Notes under the pieces: model-generated | Told to the model about the DNA's origin: nothing | The model's input: only the letters and a program-made list of their open reading frames with translations | The model's database searches: none | Translations under genes and position numbers: made by a program | NCBI GenBank assembly: GCA_026770705.1 | Contig: JANJGN010000926.1 | Span: 124,001-188,000 of the forward strand | Reading direction: 5' to 3' | DNA length: 64,000 nucleotides | Source: Isurus oxyrinchus | Lineage: Eukaryota | In this document: in pieces, positions 11,400 to 23,067 of the stretch | Layout: every line of letters starts with the position of its first letter | Position numbering within the stretch: the first letter of the stretch is position 1

Positions 11400-12450
11400 T
11401 GTAACCTGTAAACCTAACCCTTCCACACTGATGGTCACGAACACCCCCCACTGCCAACAAATTTATCTCAGTAAGGAACATGGCACTGCCAACCTCGTCA
11501 ATACCATCTTCTAAACAGGGGATTGGGTAGGAGTCTGGTTTTATTGCTGCATTAACCTTTCTGTAATCTATGCAGAATCTGGTTGGAAATGAAATACCTG
11601 CTCCTTTTTACCTCCCTCCCTACGATGGTATCATTTTAACATATTGATGTGTCACAGCCGATTCTTTATTCTACAATCTGGGGTGTCTATCAAATAATTT
11701 ACTTGACCAACCCTCCTAATTACCTTGTGGGGACCACTGAACTGCGCTTTCAGAGGCTCCCCCTGCCAAGGCAATGATACTAACACGTCATCCCCCTGGT
11801 TGTGATGTTCGGGTCACAGCTTGCCTGTCTGCCCCATTCCTTCATCTCTGTTTGAGAAACTATAAGATGTTCTTGTGCCACTTTGGAGGCTCCCATGAGC
11901 CGTTCCTGAAACATGGACACATCATCTGAAATAGAGGATTCATCCCTCTGTCCGGAATATCTTTCTTTGATGTATTTCAGACAGCCTCTTATCTCGTGTC
12001 CATAAGTTATTCCAAAAAGACTAAAACCTGCCGATTCAGTTGGTGAATCTCGTGTGGGAAATGCAAGAAAATCCAGTCCTTTGTCCCAGTCATGGGGTGT
12101 TCATGACAATAGCTTCAATCATTGTTTTGAGGGTTTGTTGGTCCCTCTCTAAAGATCCCCGTGTCTATGGATGATATGCTGTGGACTTTAACTGTTTTAT
12201 ACCCAAATTACTCATTATGTTCGGAAAATTTTAAGACATAGAGATGGAACCTTGATCTGACTGGATCTCCAGCGGTAATCCATAATGGATAAAAAATTGG
12301 GTTAACTTCCCTATTACTACTTTAGCTGTAATTGTTCCTAAAGGGATGGCCTCTGGAAATCGAGTTGTCATATCCATCATAGTGAGGCCATACTGGAGTC
12401 CGGCTTTCATTTTCGATAATGGTCTAATACAGTCCACTAATGCTCGTATC
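11400..12450 (-). mobile_element. Degenerate Gypsy-type LTR retrotransposon integrase fragment (copy ~54340-55390)
   Basis: LTMMDMTTRFPEAIPL...YGLPLEIQSDQGS is an rve integrase core motif. Confidence 0.8.
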
Positions 12451-12589
12451 CATTGGTAACGGACAATTAGCTCACTGGAGGAGGGGAATCCACAAATATC
12501 CCCATCCTCAATGATGGGGGAGCCCAGCACATCAGGGCAAAAGATAAGGCTGAAGCATTTGCTACAACAATTATCCATTTCTGTCTGGC

Positions 12590-14650
12590 GTAAAAATAAA
12601 TCAGGAAATGGTGCTCAACCAGGGCTTACAAAAGAAATTAGGGATAGTATTAGATCCAGAGAGGAGACATAAAATTGCCAGGGGAAGCAGCAATGCTGAG
12701 GATTGGGAGCAGTTTAGAATTCAGCAAAAGTGGACAAAAAGATTGATCAAGAAGGGGAAAATGGAACATGGGAGTAAACTTGCAGGGAATGTAAAAACCG
12801 ACTGTAAAAGCTTCTATAAATATGTGAAGAGAGAAAGATTAGCAGTGACCGATGTAGGTTCCTTGCAGTCAGAAATGGGGGAAATTCTAATGAGAAACAA
12901 AGAAATGGCAGAAGAACTGAACATATATTTTGGTTCTGTCTTCACAAAAGAGGACACAAATAATTTCCCAGGAATGTTAGGGAACCAAGTGTCTAGTGAG
13001 AGGGAGGAATTGAAGATAATCAGGATTAGTTTTAAAAAATGAATCTGGAGAGATTAATGGGTTAAAGGTTGAACAGTCCCCAGGGCCTGAAAATCTACAT
13101 CCCAGAGACTAACGGAAGTGACCCTGGAAATATTGGAAGCACTGGTGGTCATCCTCCAAAATTCTATAGGCTCTGGAGCAGTTCCTATAGATTGGAGGGT
13201 GGCAATTGTAACCCCACTATTTAAAATAGAAGGGAGAGAAAAATCAGAGAATTACAGATCAGTTAGTCTAACATGGGGAAAACGCTAGAGCCTATTATAT
13301 AAGGTGTGCTAATGGAACGCTTGGAAAGCATTAATGGGATTAGACAAAGTCAGCATGGGTTAATGAAAGGAAAATCATGCTTAACTAATCTACTGGAGAT
13401 TTTGAGGATGTAACTTGTGGAATAGATAAGGGATAACCAGTGGATGTGGTGTTTTTAGATTTCAAGAAGGCTTTTGATAAGGTCCCACATAAGAGGCTAG
13501 TGAGCAACATTAAAGCCCATGGGATTGGGGGTAATTTACTGGCATGGATTGAGAATTGGTCGACAGACAGGAAACAGAGGGTCAGAATAAATTAGTCTTT
13601 ATCTGAGTGGCAGGCGGTGACTAGTGGTGTACCACAGGGATCCGTGCTTGGGACCTAACTATTCATGATATATTTAAATGACTTGGGTGAGCGAGCCAAG
13701 TGCAATATTTCCAGGTTTTCTGATGACACAACGCTGGGTAAGGGTGTGAGCTGTGAGGAGGATGCAAAGAGGCTTCAAGGCGATTTAGACAAGTTGTGTG
13801 TGTGGGCAAACACATGGCAGATGATGTGGATGAATGTGACATTGTAGGCTTTGGTGTGAAAAACAGAAAGGCAGAGTATTATTTAAATGGTGATATAATG
13901 GGAAATGTGGATGTACAAAGGGATCTGGGTGTCCTTGTGCACTAGCCAATGAAAGTAAACAGGCAGGTGCAGCAAGTAATTCGGAAGGCAAATGGTATGT
14001 TGGCCTTCATTGCAAGAGGATTTGTGTTCAGGAGTAGGGATGTCTCACTGCAGTTATACAAGGTCTTGGTGAGACTGCAAATGGGGTACTACGTGCCGTT
14101 TTGGTCTCCCTCCCTAAAAAAGGATAGACCTGCCGTCGAGAGAGTGCAGAGAAGGTTCTCTAGGCTGATACCAGGGGCGGCAGGACTGTCGTATGAGGAG
14201 AATTGGTACGACTGGGTCTGTATTCACTAGAGTTTAGAAGAATGAGAGGAGACCTGAATAAACGTAAGAAATTCTAACAGAGATAGACAGACTGGATGGA
14301 GGGAGGATGCATCCCTTGGTTGGGGAGTCTAAAACCAAGGGCGACAATCTCAGGATACAGGGCAGGCCATTTTGGACTGAGATAGGGAAACATTTCTTCA
14401 CTCAGAGGGTGGTCAATCTGTGGAATTCTCCATCACAGAGGCTGTGGAGGCCGGGTCACTGAGTGTATTCAAGAAAGAAACTGATAAATATTTTGATAGT
14501 AGGGGCATCAAAGGGTACGGAGAGAAAGCGGGAATAAGGCTTTGAGATAGAGGGTCAGCCTTGATCATATTGAATGGCGGAGAAGGCTTGAAGGGCTGAA
14601 TGTCCTAATCCTGCTCCTAGTTTCTATGTACCTAGGTATCTATAGAACTA
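12590..14650 (+). mobile_element. Degenerate 5'-truncated CR1 LINE (copy ~55530-57590)
   Basis: ORF2 remnants KSFYKYVK, DFKKAFDKVPH, GVPQGSVLGP, VERVQRRFSRLIPG; CR1-like 3' end. Confidence 0.9.
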
Positions 14651-15001
14651 TCTCTCTCCGTGTTCTATTCTCATGTGACCTTGAGTAACTGATGATAAAT
14701 ACTATCTATTTACATTGTTAATATTAAACTTTTATACTACATCTCCCCCAAAATCTTTGACATCAATGAAGACAATATTTATATTATCCTATATTGTCTT
14801 TTAAGTTCAACCTTGGCCCCCTCTGCCTTATCAGGTAGGCATAAACAATCCCAAGGCTCAATACAGGAAGAGCTCTCCCTGGTCAATATCACTAATAAAA
14901 AAGGACCTGTTTTGTCTTCAACCCAGTGATGTTTGTGGGATCTTGCTCTGCACATTGTATCCTATTACAGCTAATATAGAATCAAGGGTGTCAGTACTTA
15001 C

Positions 15002-15298
15002 CTTGTACAGTTAGTACAAGGGTCCGCTCCGATGAAACAGATGGATATCTCACTCTGCAGCAGAGTGTGTGTCCGTGGTGTTTGAGTGATGGGATCAGGG
15101 TCAGAACAGAAGTATAGGTCAGAGTGACACCATGCTGAGTTACAGTGTTTGAGACTGATCCAGGTACGTCAGTGGGAGTGTCCCAGGTTAAGACAGGTGC
15201 TGCTGTTCCATTGCACGTTGTGTTGAAGGTGCAGCTTACATCCACACGCTTTCCTGCAATAATTTCAGCAGGGAATATCATGGGTTTATCTGTGAAAT
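15002..15298 (-). CDS. Gene A Siglec domain-2-type C2 exon (DFTDKPMIFPAEIIAGKRVDVSCTFNTTCNG...TSVLTLIPSLKHHGHTLCCRV)
   Basis: 297 nt, phase 1/1; extra Cys after the B-strand Cys and SxLTLxPxxxHHGxxLxC, typical of Siglec D2. Confidence 0.92.
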
Positions 15299-15549
15299 CT
15301 AACAGACAGAGAATGGATCCTTTTAGAGAAATATAATGTGAAGCATCAGTTCAAATAGAAATCACAGTCCCACAAGAGAAAGCACTTTTACAAGGATGAT
15401 ATCAGAACTGAGAGATTACAATGATCAGGAAAGATTTTCTTGCTCTTTGGCAGTAGTGTTTCTGTCTCTCAGCTTAATACACGTTCACTCCGAGACATGT
15501 GAATTGAGAACACTGGATGAGAGAAGAGGCTCAGACCAGAGATTGGAGT

Positions 15550-15690
15550 TAAAAGCAGAATACTGCGGATGCTGAAAATCTGAAACAAAAACAAAAATTG
15601 CTGGAAAGACTCAGCAGGTCTGACAGTATCAGTGGAGAGGAAGACAGGGTTAACGTTTCGAGTCCGTATGACTCTTCATCAGACCAGAGG
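15550..15690 (-). mobile_element. Penelope-like 3' tail fragment carrying a minimal hammerhead core
   Basis: Matches the 26630-26765 terminus; minus strand reads CTGATGA-A-GAGTC-ATACG-GACTC-GAAAC-GTT. Confidence 0.75.
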
Positions 15691-16157
15691 TTTGAGTTCA
15701 CTGGCTTCTCATTTCCTCAGTGATCTGGGTGATTTATTACATTGTGGTTTGTTGGATCTTGCTGTGCACAAACTGCCTGCTGTGTTTTACATCTGTGACT
15801 ACAATTCAGGAATAATTTCATTGGCTGTGAAGGGATTTGGATCCTCCTGAGGTGGTAAATTGCGCTGCAGAAATGCACATCTTTCTTTTATCGATACGTC
15901 AGACTTTTAAACAGGACAGGAGAGATTGATGGGTGTGGATAACCTGATAATGCTGTTAATGCTTTTCATCATTGATATTAAAGTGAGTATTAGACGTTGC
16001 TTTAGGACTGAACTGGAAGCTATCACCAGGTTATTGAGAATCAGACAGTGTGTTATAATAAGCTGTGTTTTGTGTTAATATGTAAAAGTCACAGTTTGTG
16101 TTATCTCCCATTGAGTGTTGAATGTGAATTGTTGAGTAATTATAACACAGCACTTAC

Positions 16158-16526
16158 CAGAAACGTGAAGCTGGGTTACAGGATAGTAGTTGTAACTATT
16201 ACTGCTGTCAAATTCTATTCTGAAAAAATAAGGTCCTGCATCTTCCCGTCTGATGTTGTTTATAATCAGGGAACAGTTGCCATCTTTCAGGTCTCCAGAC
16301 AGCCGGGTCCGATTGTGGAACCGTGGTAACTCGTGACTGTGATCTTTGGAGTGAAAGGCAATGGGAGCCCAGGGAATCTGTTTCTCATTATTAAACCAGA
16401 CTCCACCTCGCGGTTGGTTTTCCAAATGTGCTGGATAACTGTAATGACATGGAATCTGTACACACGAACCTTCCTGCGCTGTCACCTCTCGTGGAGTGTC
16501 ACCTTTCCACTCTTGTGACAGTCCAA
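16158..16526 (-). CDS. Gene A Siglec V-set sialic-acid-binding domain exon
   Basis: 369 nt, phase 1/1; GSCVQIPC, RTRLSGDLKDGNCSLII and DAGPYFFRIE with the F-strand essential Arg and the B-E intrasheet Cys pair. Confidence 0.95.
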
Positions 16527-17388
16527 CTGAGGAGAGAAATATCAAATATTTAACTCTGGAAGGTTTGTAGATCCACTAGACTCGATATCCACCCCCTCCA
16601 TCACTGGGGCACAGTGGCTGCAGTGTGGACCATCTACAGGACACACATGGAACTCCCCAAAGTTTCATAATGGATGGAAGAGAATCCTGGACACAGGAGT
16701 GGACAAGTTCATTCTACATTGGCTCATGGTCCTCAGGACCCTGTTTAGTGAAGCCAGTCTTCCACCCAACACAGTGTCTACAAGATACACAGGGAAACTG
16801 TGTAAACATCTCATCTCTCTACACTGACTGGTTTGGCTTCAGTTTAACTTTCAGTTATTTTACTTCCTTATTGTGGTTGCTATGGTGAAACTGTGCAGGA
16901 AGTGCGAGGGCTGGACTCTCTGTCTATTCTGACTGCAGCTGTGATGTAGTCGTGGAGGTTTTCAGTAAAATGAAACCGTCTGATCTCCTCCATCCCCGAG
17001 GTTTAGGGAGTGAATTCCAGAGCTCAGGCCCCAGGCAGCTGAAGGCCCGGCCGCCAGTATTGGAGTGATGGGAATCGAGGGATGGTCAAGAGGCCGGAAT
17101 TGGAGTAACACAGAGATCTGGGACGTTGGTTGGGAGAGTTGCAGGAGGTTACAGAGATAAGGACGCAGTGTGAGGCAATGGATGCATTTGAACAAAGAGA
17201 TGTGTATTTTAAGTTTGAGATGTTGTAGGACCAGGAGTCAGATAGTTTAGGGGTGATGGGTGAATGGGACTTGGTGTGAGTTTGTACACTGGCTCACTGC
17301 TGAATCAGTTCCCTATCACAGCTCCATAAGAATGATCTTTTACAAAGACTATTCACCATAAATCTGTCCGAGCTGACAATGATATTAC

Positions 17389-17428
17389 CTTGGAGAAGTG
17401 ACAGGAGGAAGTAAGATTTCCCGATCAT
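17389..17428 (-). CDS. Gene A leader exon, coding part (MIGKSYFLLSLLQ); exon begins at 17470
   Basis: ATG plus hydrophobic core, |GTAAT donor in phase 1 joining the V exon (…LLQVGLSQEW); acceptor tttctctttcag at 17471. Confidence 0.85.
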
Positions 17429-17878
17429 TGTCCACTCCCAGATATTTCCTCAGCTTCTAACTCTGAAGTTCTGAAAGAGAAAGGAGTTAATGAGACTTCA
17501 ACTCTTGTCTGAATGCTCTCGAGAGATCAGAACTGCTTTTAGACAATGTCTTCACAGATTAATTTGATTCTCTGTGGGATGATAGGTGCTCTGCAGAGAG
17601 TTACAAGGCTTTAAGAAAGACAAACAATGAAGGATTTGCATTTCTATAGCACCTTTCACCACCTCAGGACGTCCCCAAGCTCATGTCTCTGCACTTCCCT
17701 CATCCCTTGAGCTAGAAAGATGTTCTGTACAACAGACTTGAGCCTCACACCCAGATCTCAATAATCAGTAGAAATCTTTCAAAGGCATCAATCATTGGAA
17801 TCTGTCTTTATAAAGTCACAACATCAACATAGGACGGTGTTGGTCGTGGAAGTGAATTCCAATCGTTCCGTTACTTAC

Positions 17879-17980
17879 CCAGGACCTGTCCGACTGCTCG
17901 CCTGGGGAGGAACTGCCCACACGCTCTGCTTGGGCTGAATGACCTCTTCCTGTGCTGCCCCCTCTGTGTGTTTAAATAGA
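17879..17980 (-). promoter_or_regulatory. Candidate non-coding first exon and promoter of gene A
   Basis: GG|GTAAGTAA donor at 17878, TATTTAAA at 17971-17978 and an ETS-like CAGGAAG just downstream of it (minus strand); sequence-only guess. Confidence 0.3.
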
Positions 17981-18239
17981 AAGGGTGGATGTGTCACTGT
18001 GAGACAAAATGAAGAAGTGGGTAATCAGTGAGAAGTTCGAGGATGTTTTGTGCTCTCAGCAAAACGTTTACCATGTGTGATCTGTCAGCTCATATTTGGG
18101 CAGCTGTAGTCATCAAGCTTCTCCATTGGCTCCGTGGGATTAGACTCCTCCCCCTCATCTCAGAGGCTGAAGTGCAGGCGATAGAGTTCCCAATACAGGT
18201 CTCTGGCCGTATGATACATGTTGACAATCCCCGATATCA

Positions 18240-19700
18240 TTACTGAAGGAGTGCTGCACTGTCAGGGGTATAGTACTGAGGGAGCGCTGCACTGTGTGAG
18301 GGTCAGTACTGAGTGAGTGCTGCACTATCAGAAGGTCAGTAATGTGGGATTGCTGCACTGTCAGAGGGCCAGTAGTGAAGGATTGCTGCAATGTCGGAGG
18401 GTCAGTACTGAGGGAGTGCTGCACTGTCAGAGGGACAGTAATGTGGGAGTGCTGCACTGTCAGAGGGTCAGTAATGTGGGAGTTCTGCACTGGAAGAGGG
18501 TCATTAATAAGGGAGTGCTTCACTGTCAGGAGTATAGTACTGAGGGAGTGCTGCACTGTGGGAGGGTCAGTACTGAGCGAGTGCTGCACTGTTAGTGGGG
18601 TCAGTACTGAGGGTCTGCTGCACTATCAGAGGGTCAGTAATGTGGGAGTGCTGCACTGTCAGAGGGCCAGTAGTGAAGGAATGCTGCAATGTCGGAGGGT
18701 CAGTACTGAGGGAGTGCTGCACTGTCAGAGGGACAGTAATGTAGGAGTGCTGCACTGTCAGAGGGTCAGTAATGTGGGAGTGCTGCACTGTCAGAGGGAC
18801 AGTAATGTGGGAGTGTTGCACTGGAAGAGGGTCCTTAATGAGCGAGTGATGCACTGTCAGAGGATCAGTAATGAGGGAGTGCTGAACTGTCAGCGGGTCT
18901 GTACTGAGTGAGATTTGCACGGTCGGAGGGTCAGTATTGAGGGGGTGCCAGACTGTGGGAGGGTTAGTACTGAGGTAGAGAGGAGTGTGAGAAGATATCC
19001 TTTCATGGCAAAGTTTAACTGGAATTTATTTAAACAGAGATTCTAGTACTGTGTGTTATTGCTAAAGAAAGGATATGAGGAACTAAGTCTAGTTCCCCTC
19101 AGCCTAAAAATAATGTTCTCCGATTTCAATGATTTAGCATTGAAACCTCCCACTTTGGGCATCAGTCTTGATTTAAACAACTCGCACAGCACTGTGGTAG
19201 GGTGAGTACTGAGGATGTGCTGCACTGTGGGAGGGTGAGTACTGAGGGAGTGCTGCACTGTGGGAGGGTGAGTACTGAGGGAGTGCTGCACTGTGGGAGG
19301 GTGAGTACTGAGGGAGTGCTGCACTGTGGGAGTGAGAGTACTGAGGGAGTGCTGCACTGTGGGGGGGAGAATCCTGAGGGACAGCTGCATAGTGGGAGTT
19401 TGAATACTGAGGGAATGCTGCCCTGTCAGAGTGTCTGTACCTAGGGAGTGCTGAACTGTCGGAAAGTCATTAGTGATGGAGGGGTACAGTATCAGAGGGT
19501 CAGTGTTCAGGGATTGTTGCACTGTCAGATTGTCAGCCATGAGGGAATCCTGCACGGTCAGAAGGTCAATGATGACGGGGTGAAGCACTTGAAAAGGGTC
19601 AATAATGAGGTAGTGCAGCACTGTCAGAGGGACAGTAATGAGGGAGCGCTGAACTGACGGAGGGTCAGCACTGAGGAAACGCTGCACTGTCAGTTCTGAG
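18240..19700. repeat. 33-bp minisatellite CAGTACTGAGGGAGTGCTGCACTGTCAGAGGGT (also 2610-2730, 37727-38150, 40220-40650, 47890-48215)
   Basis: Visible tandem units; they generate the spurious TVQHSLSTDPL ORFs. Confidence 0.95.
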
Positions 19701-20389
19701 TGTGGTCTGCACTGTCCTAAGTGCATTCTAGGCACTGCCCAAGATTCCGCCTGATGTCCGTGTAACAACAACATCATGTACACGTCGAGAATATTTCTCA
19801 CTGTGTCTGTGCAGCAAGACAGCTTTGGAATGGCACCACCACTGGCAGCAGTGTGCAACTACAATGTGACATGTTTACATTGGAAGTTTCTATAATAAGG
19901 ATGGGCACAGGAATTTATATAATAGAGAAAATGTGACAACAAGAAGCTTTTCTTTGAGGCAAGAATTTGGCAGCAAAATAAGAATTTTAATCTATAAATA
20001 TTTACAGAACAGGCTGAGCATTTTAATCACTTGTGTTAATCAATGTAATTTTATTCATAACCCAAATGCTTCTTACAATCTATCGCAGCATGAAAAAGGT
20101 GCAGCATTCAGAAAGCACATTCCAATCAGAGAACAGAGTTTAGCAACGTCACATTTCTGTTCATTCCTATTCGACCATGTTGGCTGCACACAGCCAGACA
20201 ATGCCGTGGTTATGATGTGTCCACACAGCAGGACTGGGGAGCACCAGGTATAAGGAAAAGTTTCAGCTTGCTGAGGAGAAGAAGGAGAATCTCTCGTTCC
20301 AGGTTTCTCTCCGTACATTAAGAAGCAGGCATGCCGATGTTTCATTGCACTCTGTCTGCTGATGGGAGTCCGCTTGGAAATTGCTGTTT

Positions 20390-21010
20390 GTGCTGATGGA
20401 AAGAATAAGCTTTTCATAAATCGAGGGATTGAGAACAAACACAGGGAGGTTATGCTGAACATTTATAAAGCTCTGGTTAGGTGACAACTAGAGTATTGTG
20501 TCCAGTTCTGGTCTCCTCACTTTGGGAAGGAAGTGAGGGTCCTTGAGAGGGTGGGGAGGAGATTGAGCAGAATGGGTCCAGGGATGAGGGATTTTAGCTA
20601 CAAGGTTGGGTTGGAGAAGCTGGGGTTGTTCTCCTTGGAGCAAAGGAGATTGAGGGGGGACCTGATCGAGGTGTACAAGATGATGATGGGTTTAGATCAG
20701 GTAGACAAAGAGAAGCTGTTGCCATTAGCTGATGGTACAAGGACTGGGGGACACAGATTGAAGGTTTTGGGCAGAGGGGGGATGTGAGGAGGAACTTTTT
20801 TACACAGCGAGTGGTTATGAGCTGGAACTCGCTGCCTACGAGGATGGTGGAAGTGGAGATGATGAACGATTTCGAAAAGAAATTGGATGGACACTTGAGG
20901 GGAAATAAACTCACAGGGATACGGGGATAGAGCGGGGGAATGGGACTGACTGGATTACTCTACAGAGAGACAGCATGGAGTCGATGGGCCAAATGCCGTC
21001 CTTCTGTTCC
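20390..21010 (+). mobile_element. CR1 LINE 3' fragment
   Basis: LEKLGLFSLEQRRLRGDLIEVYKMM is the CR1 ORF2 C-terminus. Confidence 0.85.
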
Positions 21011-21037
21011 ATGATGAGATTGTTGCTGTACAAAGCT

Positions 21038-21177
21038 TCAATCAGGCTGTCGACTTCCTTTCACTGTTTGTCTCTCCCAGACACAGACTCCAGTGATAGT
21101 GATAACCACAGCCACAAGGAATATCACAGCTCGTATTCCCAGGATCAGGATCACGTGCAGAATCTCTCCTCCACTGT
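21038..21177 (-). CDS. Gene C TM/short-tail terminal exon with intramembrane Arg (xSGGEILHVILILGIRAVIFLVAVVITITGVCVWERQTVKGSRQPD*)
   Basis: Pyrimidine-rich acceptor tttctttctgtgtgttctctag| in phase 1; long hydrophobic segment with Arg (CGA at 21131-21133); 12-aa Tyr-free tail; not in the ORF track. Confidence 0.8.
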
Positions 21178-22294
21178 CTAGAGAACACACAGAAAGAAAT
21201 CATCACTGACTCTCCGCTTTCAATCTCTCACTCTGGCTGAACAATCAAGCTTCATATCACTGCAACATTTGCTGTAATATTGACCCATCCACTGGGATTC
21301 AATGTGGAATGAATGTTTTCATTGTAAACACTCTAAGAGTGGACAATCGGAACTTTCCCCTTAGCGTGGAACATTGGTGAGAATGGATCATTGTGCTGTT
21401 GGACTCCCTGTCCAATGTTTCTCTCCATCGCTGTGTACAGGATTGTGCTGTAGAAAATTCTGGAAACGTTTAGTGCAGGGTGGAAATCCATCTCGGACGT
21501 GTGTGCGAATCGGGCAGGATCGAGATGGACTCCCCCACGGACTTACACCCCCCGCTTAATAAACAGTTCCAATCTTTACCCAGAGAGAGGGGAGAATATG
21601 GAACTCGCTCCCACAGGGAGTGGTTCAGGTGAGTAGTAGCAAATTGGGAAGTGAAATTGCTTGAAAAGCTGGGAGATGCAAGGGTTAAGTGCTACCATGC
21701 CACCACTGGTGGGAGAGTGTAACTGCAGCGTGACGTTTACATAGGCAATCCCCATTATGAACAGGGACATTGGACATCATGTGCAAAATGGGCTCTGGAA
21801 AGGTGAGAACATGATGTAAGCTTTTCACCAACAGAAATGCCTTCGTAAACCTCTCCATCTCTCTCTTACTGTCAGATACTCAAACAACATTTCACACAGA
21901 ATTAATCAGGAGGAGTTGGGACAGGTGACTGGTCAAAGGGTTAGGTTTCAGGAAGCTTTTTAAAGGAGGATAGAGAGTTAGAGAGGCAGAGAGTATCTGT
22001 GAGAATCTCTGTGCATCTGGGTGTCTAATAGACTTTGCAATTTCCGCGTTCTTCCATAAACTTGAAAGGGAATACAACTCCCAGAATCCATGTCAACTCT
22101 CCGGTGCAGCACTGAGGGAGGTCAGGTAACCCACGGGGGAGAATGTGTTAGTGTGTTTGTTTGTGAGTGTGTCCTTTTGTGTGCTCATACATGTGGGATT
22201 GTGTGTCTGCACGTGTCTATTTAGGTTTGTATAATTGTGTGTGTTTGTGTAGTGTTTGAATCTGAGAGAGCTGTTGAAGTCTGTGTACACTCAC

Positions 22295-22480
22295 GTTCCA
22301 CAGTGATGGTTATGAAACCCTCCACTGCTCCATGTTCATTCTCTGCCACACACTGATAGTCTCCAGTGTCCCTGGATGTAACATGAGGAATCACGAACCA
22401 CAGCTCATTGTTGGAACTTGTTCTGTTCATTGTGATATTCAGATGTCAGGGCAGGACTCAACATGACAGATCACAGGTTT
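22295..22480 (-). pseudogene. Gene C decayed third Ig C2 exon (5' part lost, internal frameshifting deletion)
   Basis: 3' half MNRTSSNNELW...DYQCVAENEHG and donor are intact; VICHVESCP is out of frame, ASNLTW is missing, and no usable acceptor was found. Confidence 0.8.
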
Positions 22481-22770
22481 ACCAACAGGAAGTGAACAAC
22501 AATTTATATTTAATGGGAAGAGAGTGCTGATTGATTGGCAAGTGGTCTCTGATTGGAGGTGGTGTTGCCATGGAAAATAATGTGTGCGAGCTGTAAACTT
22601 TAGACAGATTGTCTCTTCATTCAGCAATAATCATATAAAGATCAGTTAACTTCTATCGACTGTGAAGCACTTTGAGAGGTCTGAGAATGTAGATACTGAG
22701 AATGGGCTGCACTGTCAGAGGGTCAGCGCTGAGGGAGTGCTGATGTAGAATGAAAGGTGTCGGTACTTAC

Positions 22771-23067
22771 CTTGCACAGTTAGTACGAGGGTCCGCTCCG
22801 ATGAAACAGATGGATATCTCACTCTGCAGCTGAGAGTGTGTCCGTGGTGTTTGAGTGATGGGATCAGGGTCAGAACAGAAGTATAGGTCAGAGTGACACC
22901 ATGCTGAGTTACAGTGTTTGAGACTGATCCAGGTACGTCAGTGGGAGTGTCCCAGGTTAAGACAGGTGCTGCTGTTCCATTGCACGTTGTGTTGATGGTG
23001 CAGCTTACATCCACACACTTTCCTGCTATAATTTCAGCAGGGAATATCGTGGGTTTATCTGTGAAAT
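22771..23067 (-). CDS. Gene C Siglec domain-2-type C2 exon
   Basis: 297 nt, phase 1/1, open, near-identical to 15002-15298 and 57941-58237. Confidence 0.9.

Noticed and set aside
2065-17428. Assigning the symbol MAG, CD22 or SIGLEC15
   Set aside because: Architecture is MAG-like, but the V domain lacks the conserved MAG sequence around the Arg and the genes are multicopy and fast-evolving; orthology needs a phylogeny
18155-19858. Long repetitive ORFs (TVQHSLSTDPL / VLRECCTVRGS) and a CRISPR-like look of the 33-bp arrays
   Set aside because: Head-to-tail minisatellite with no unique spacers, open in several frames on both strands, eukaryotic context
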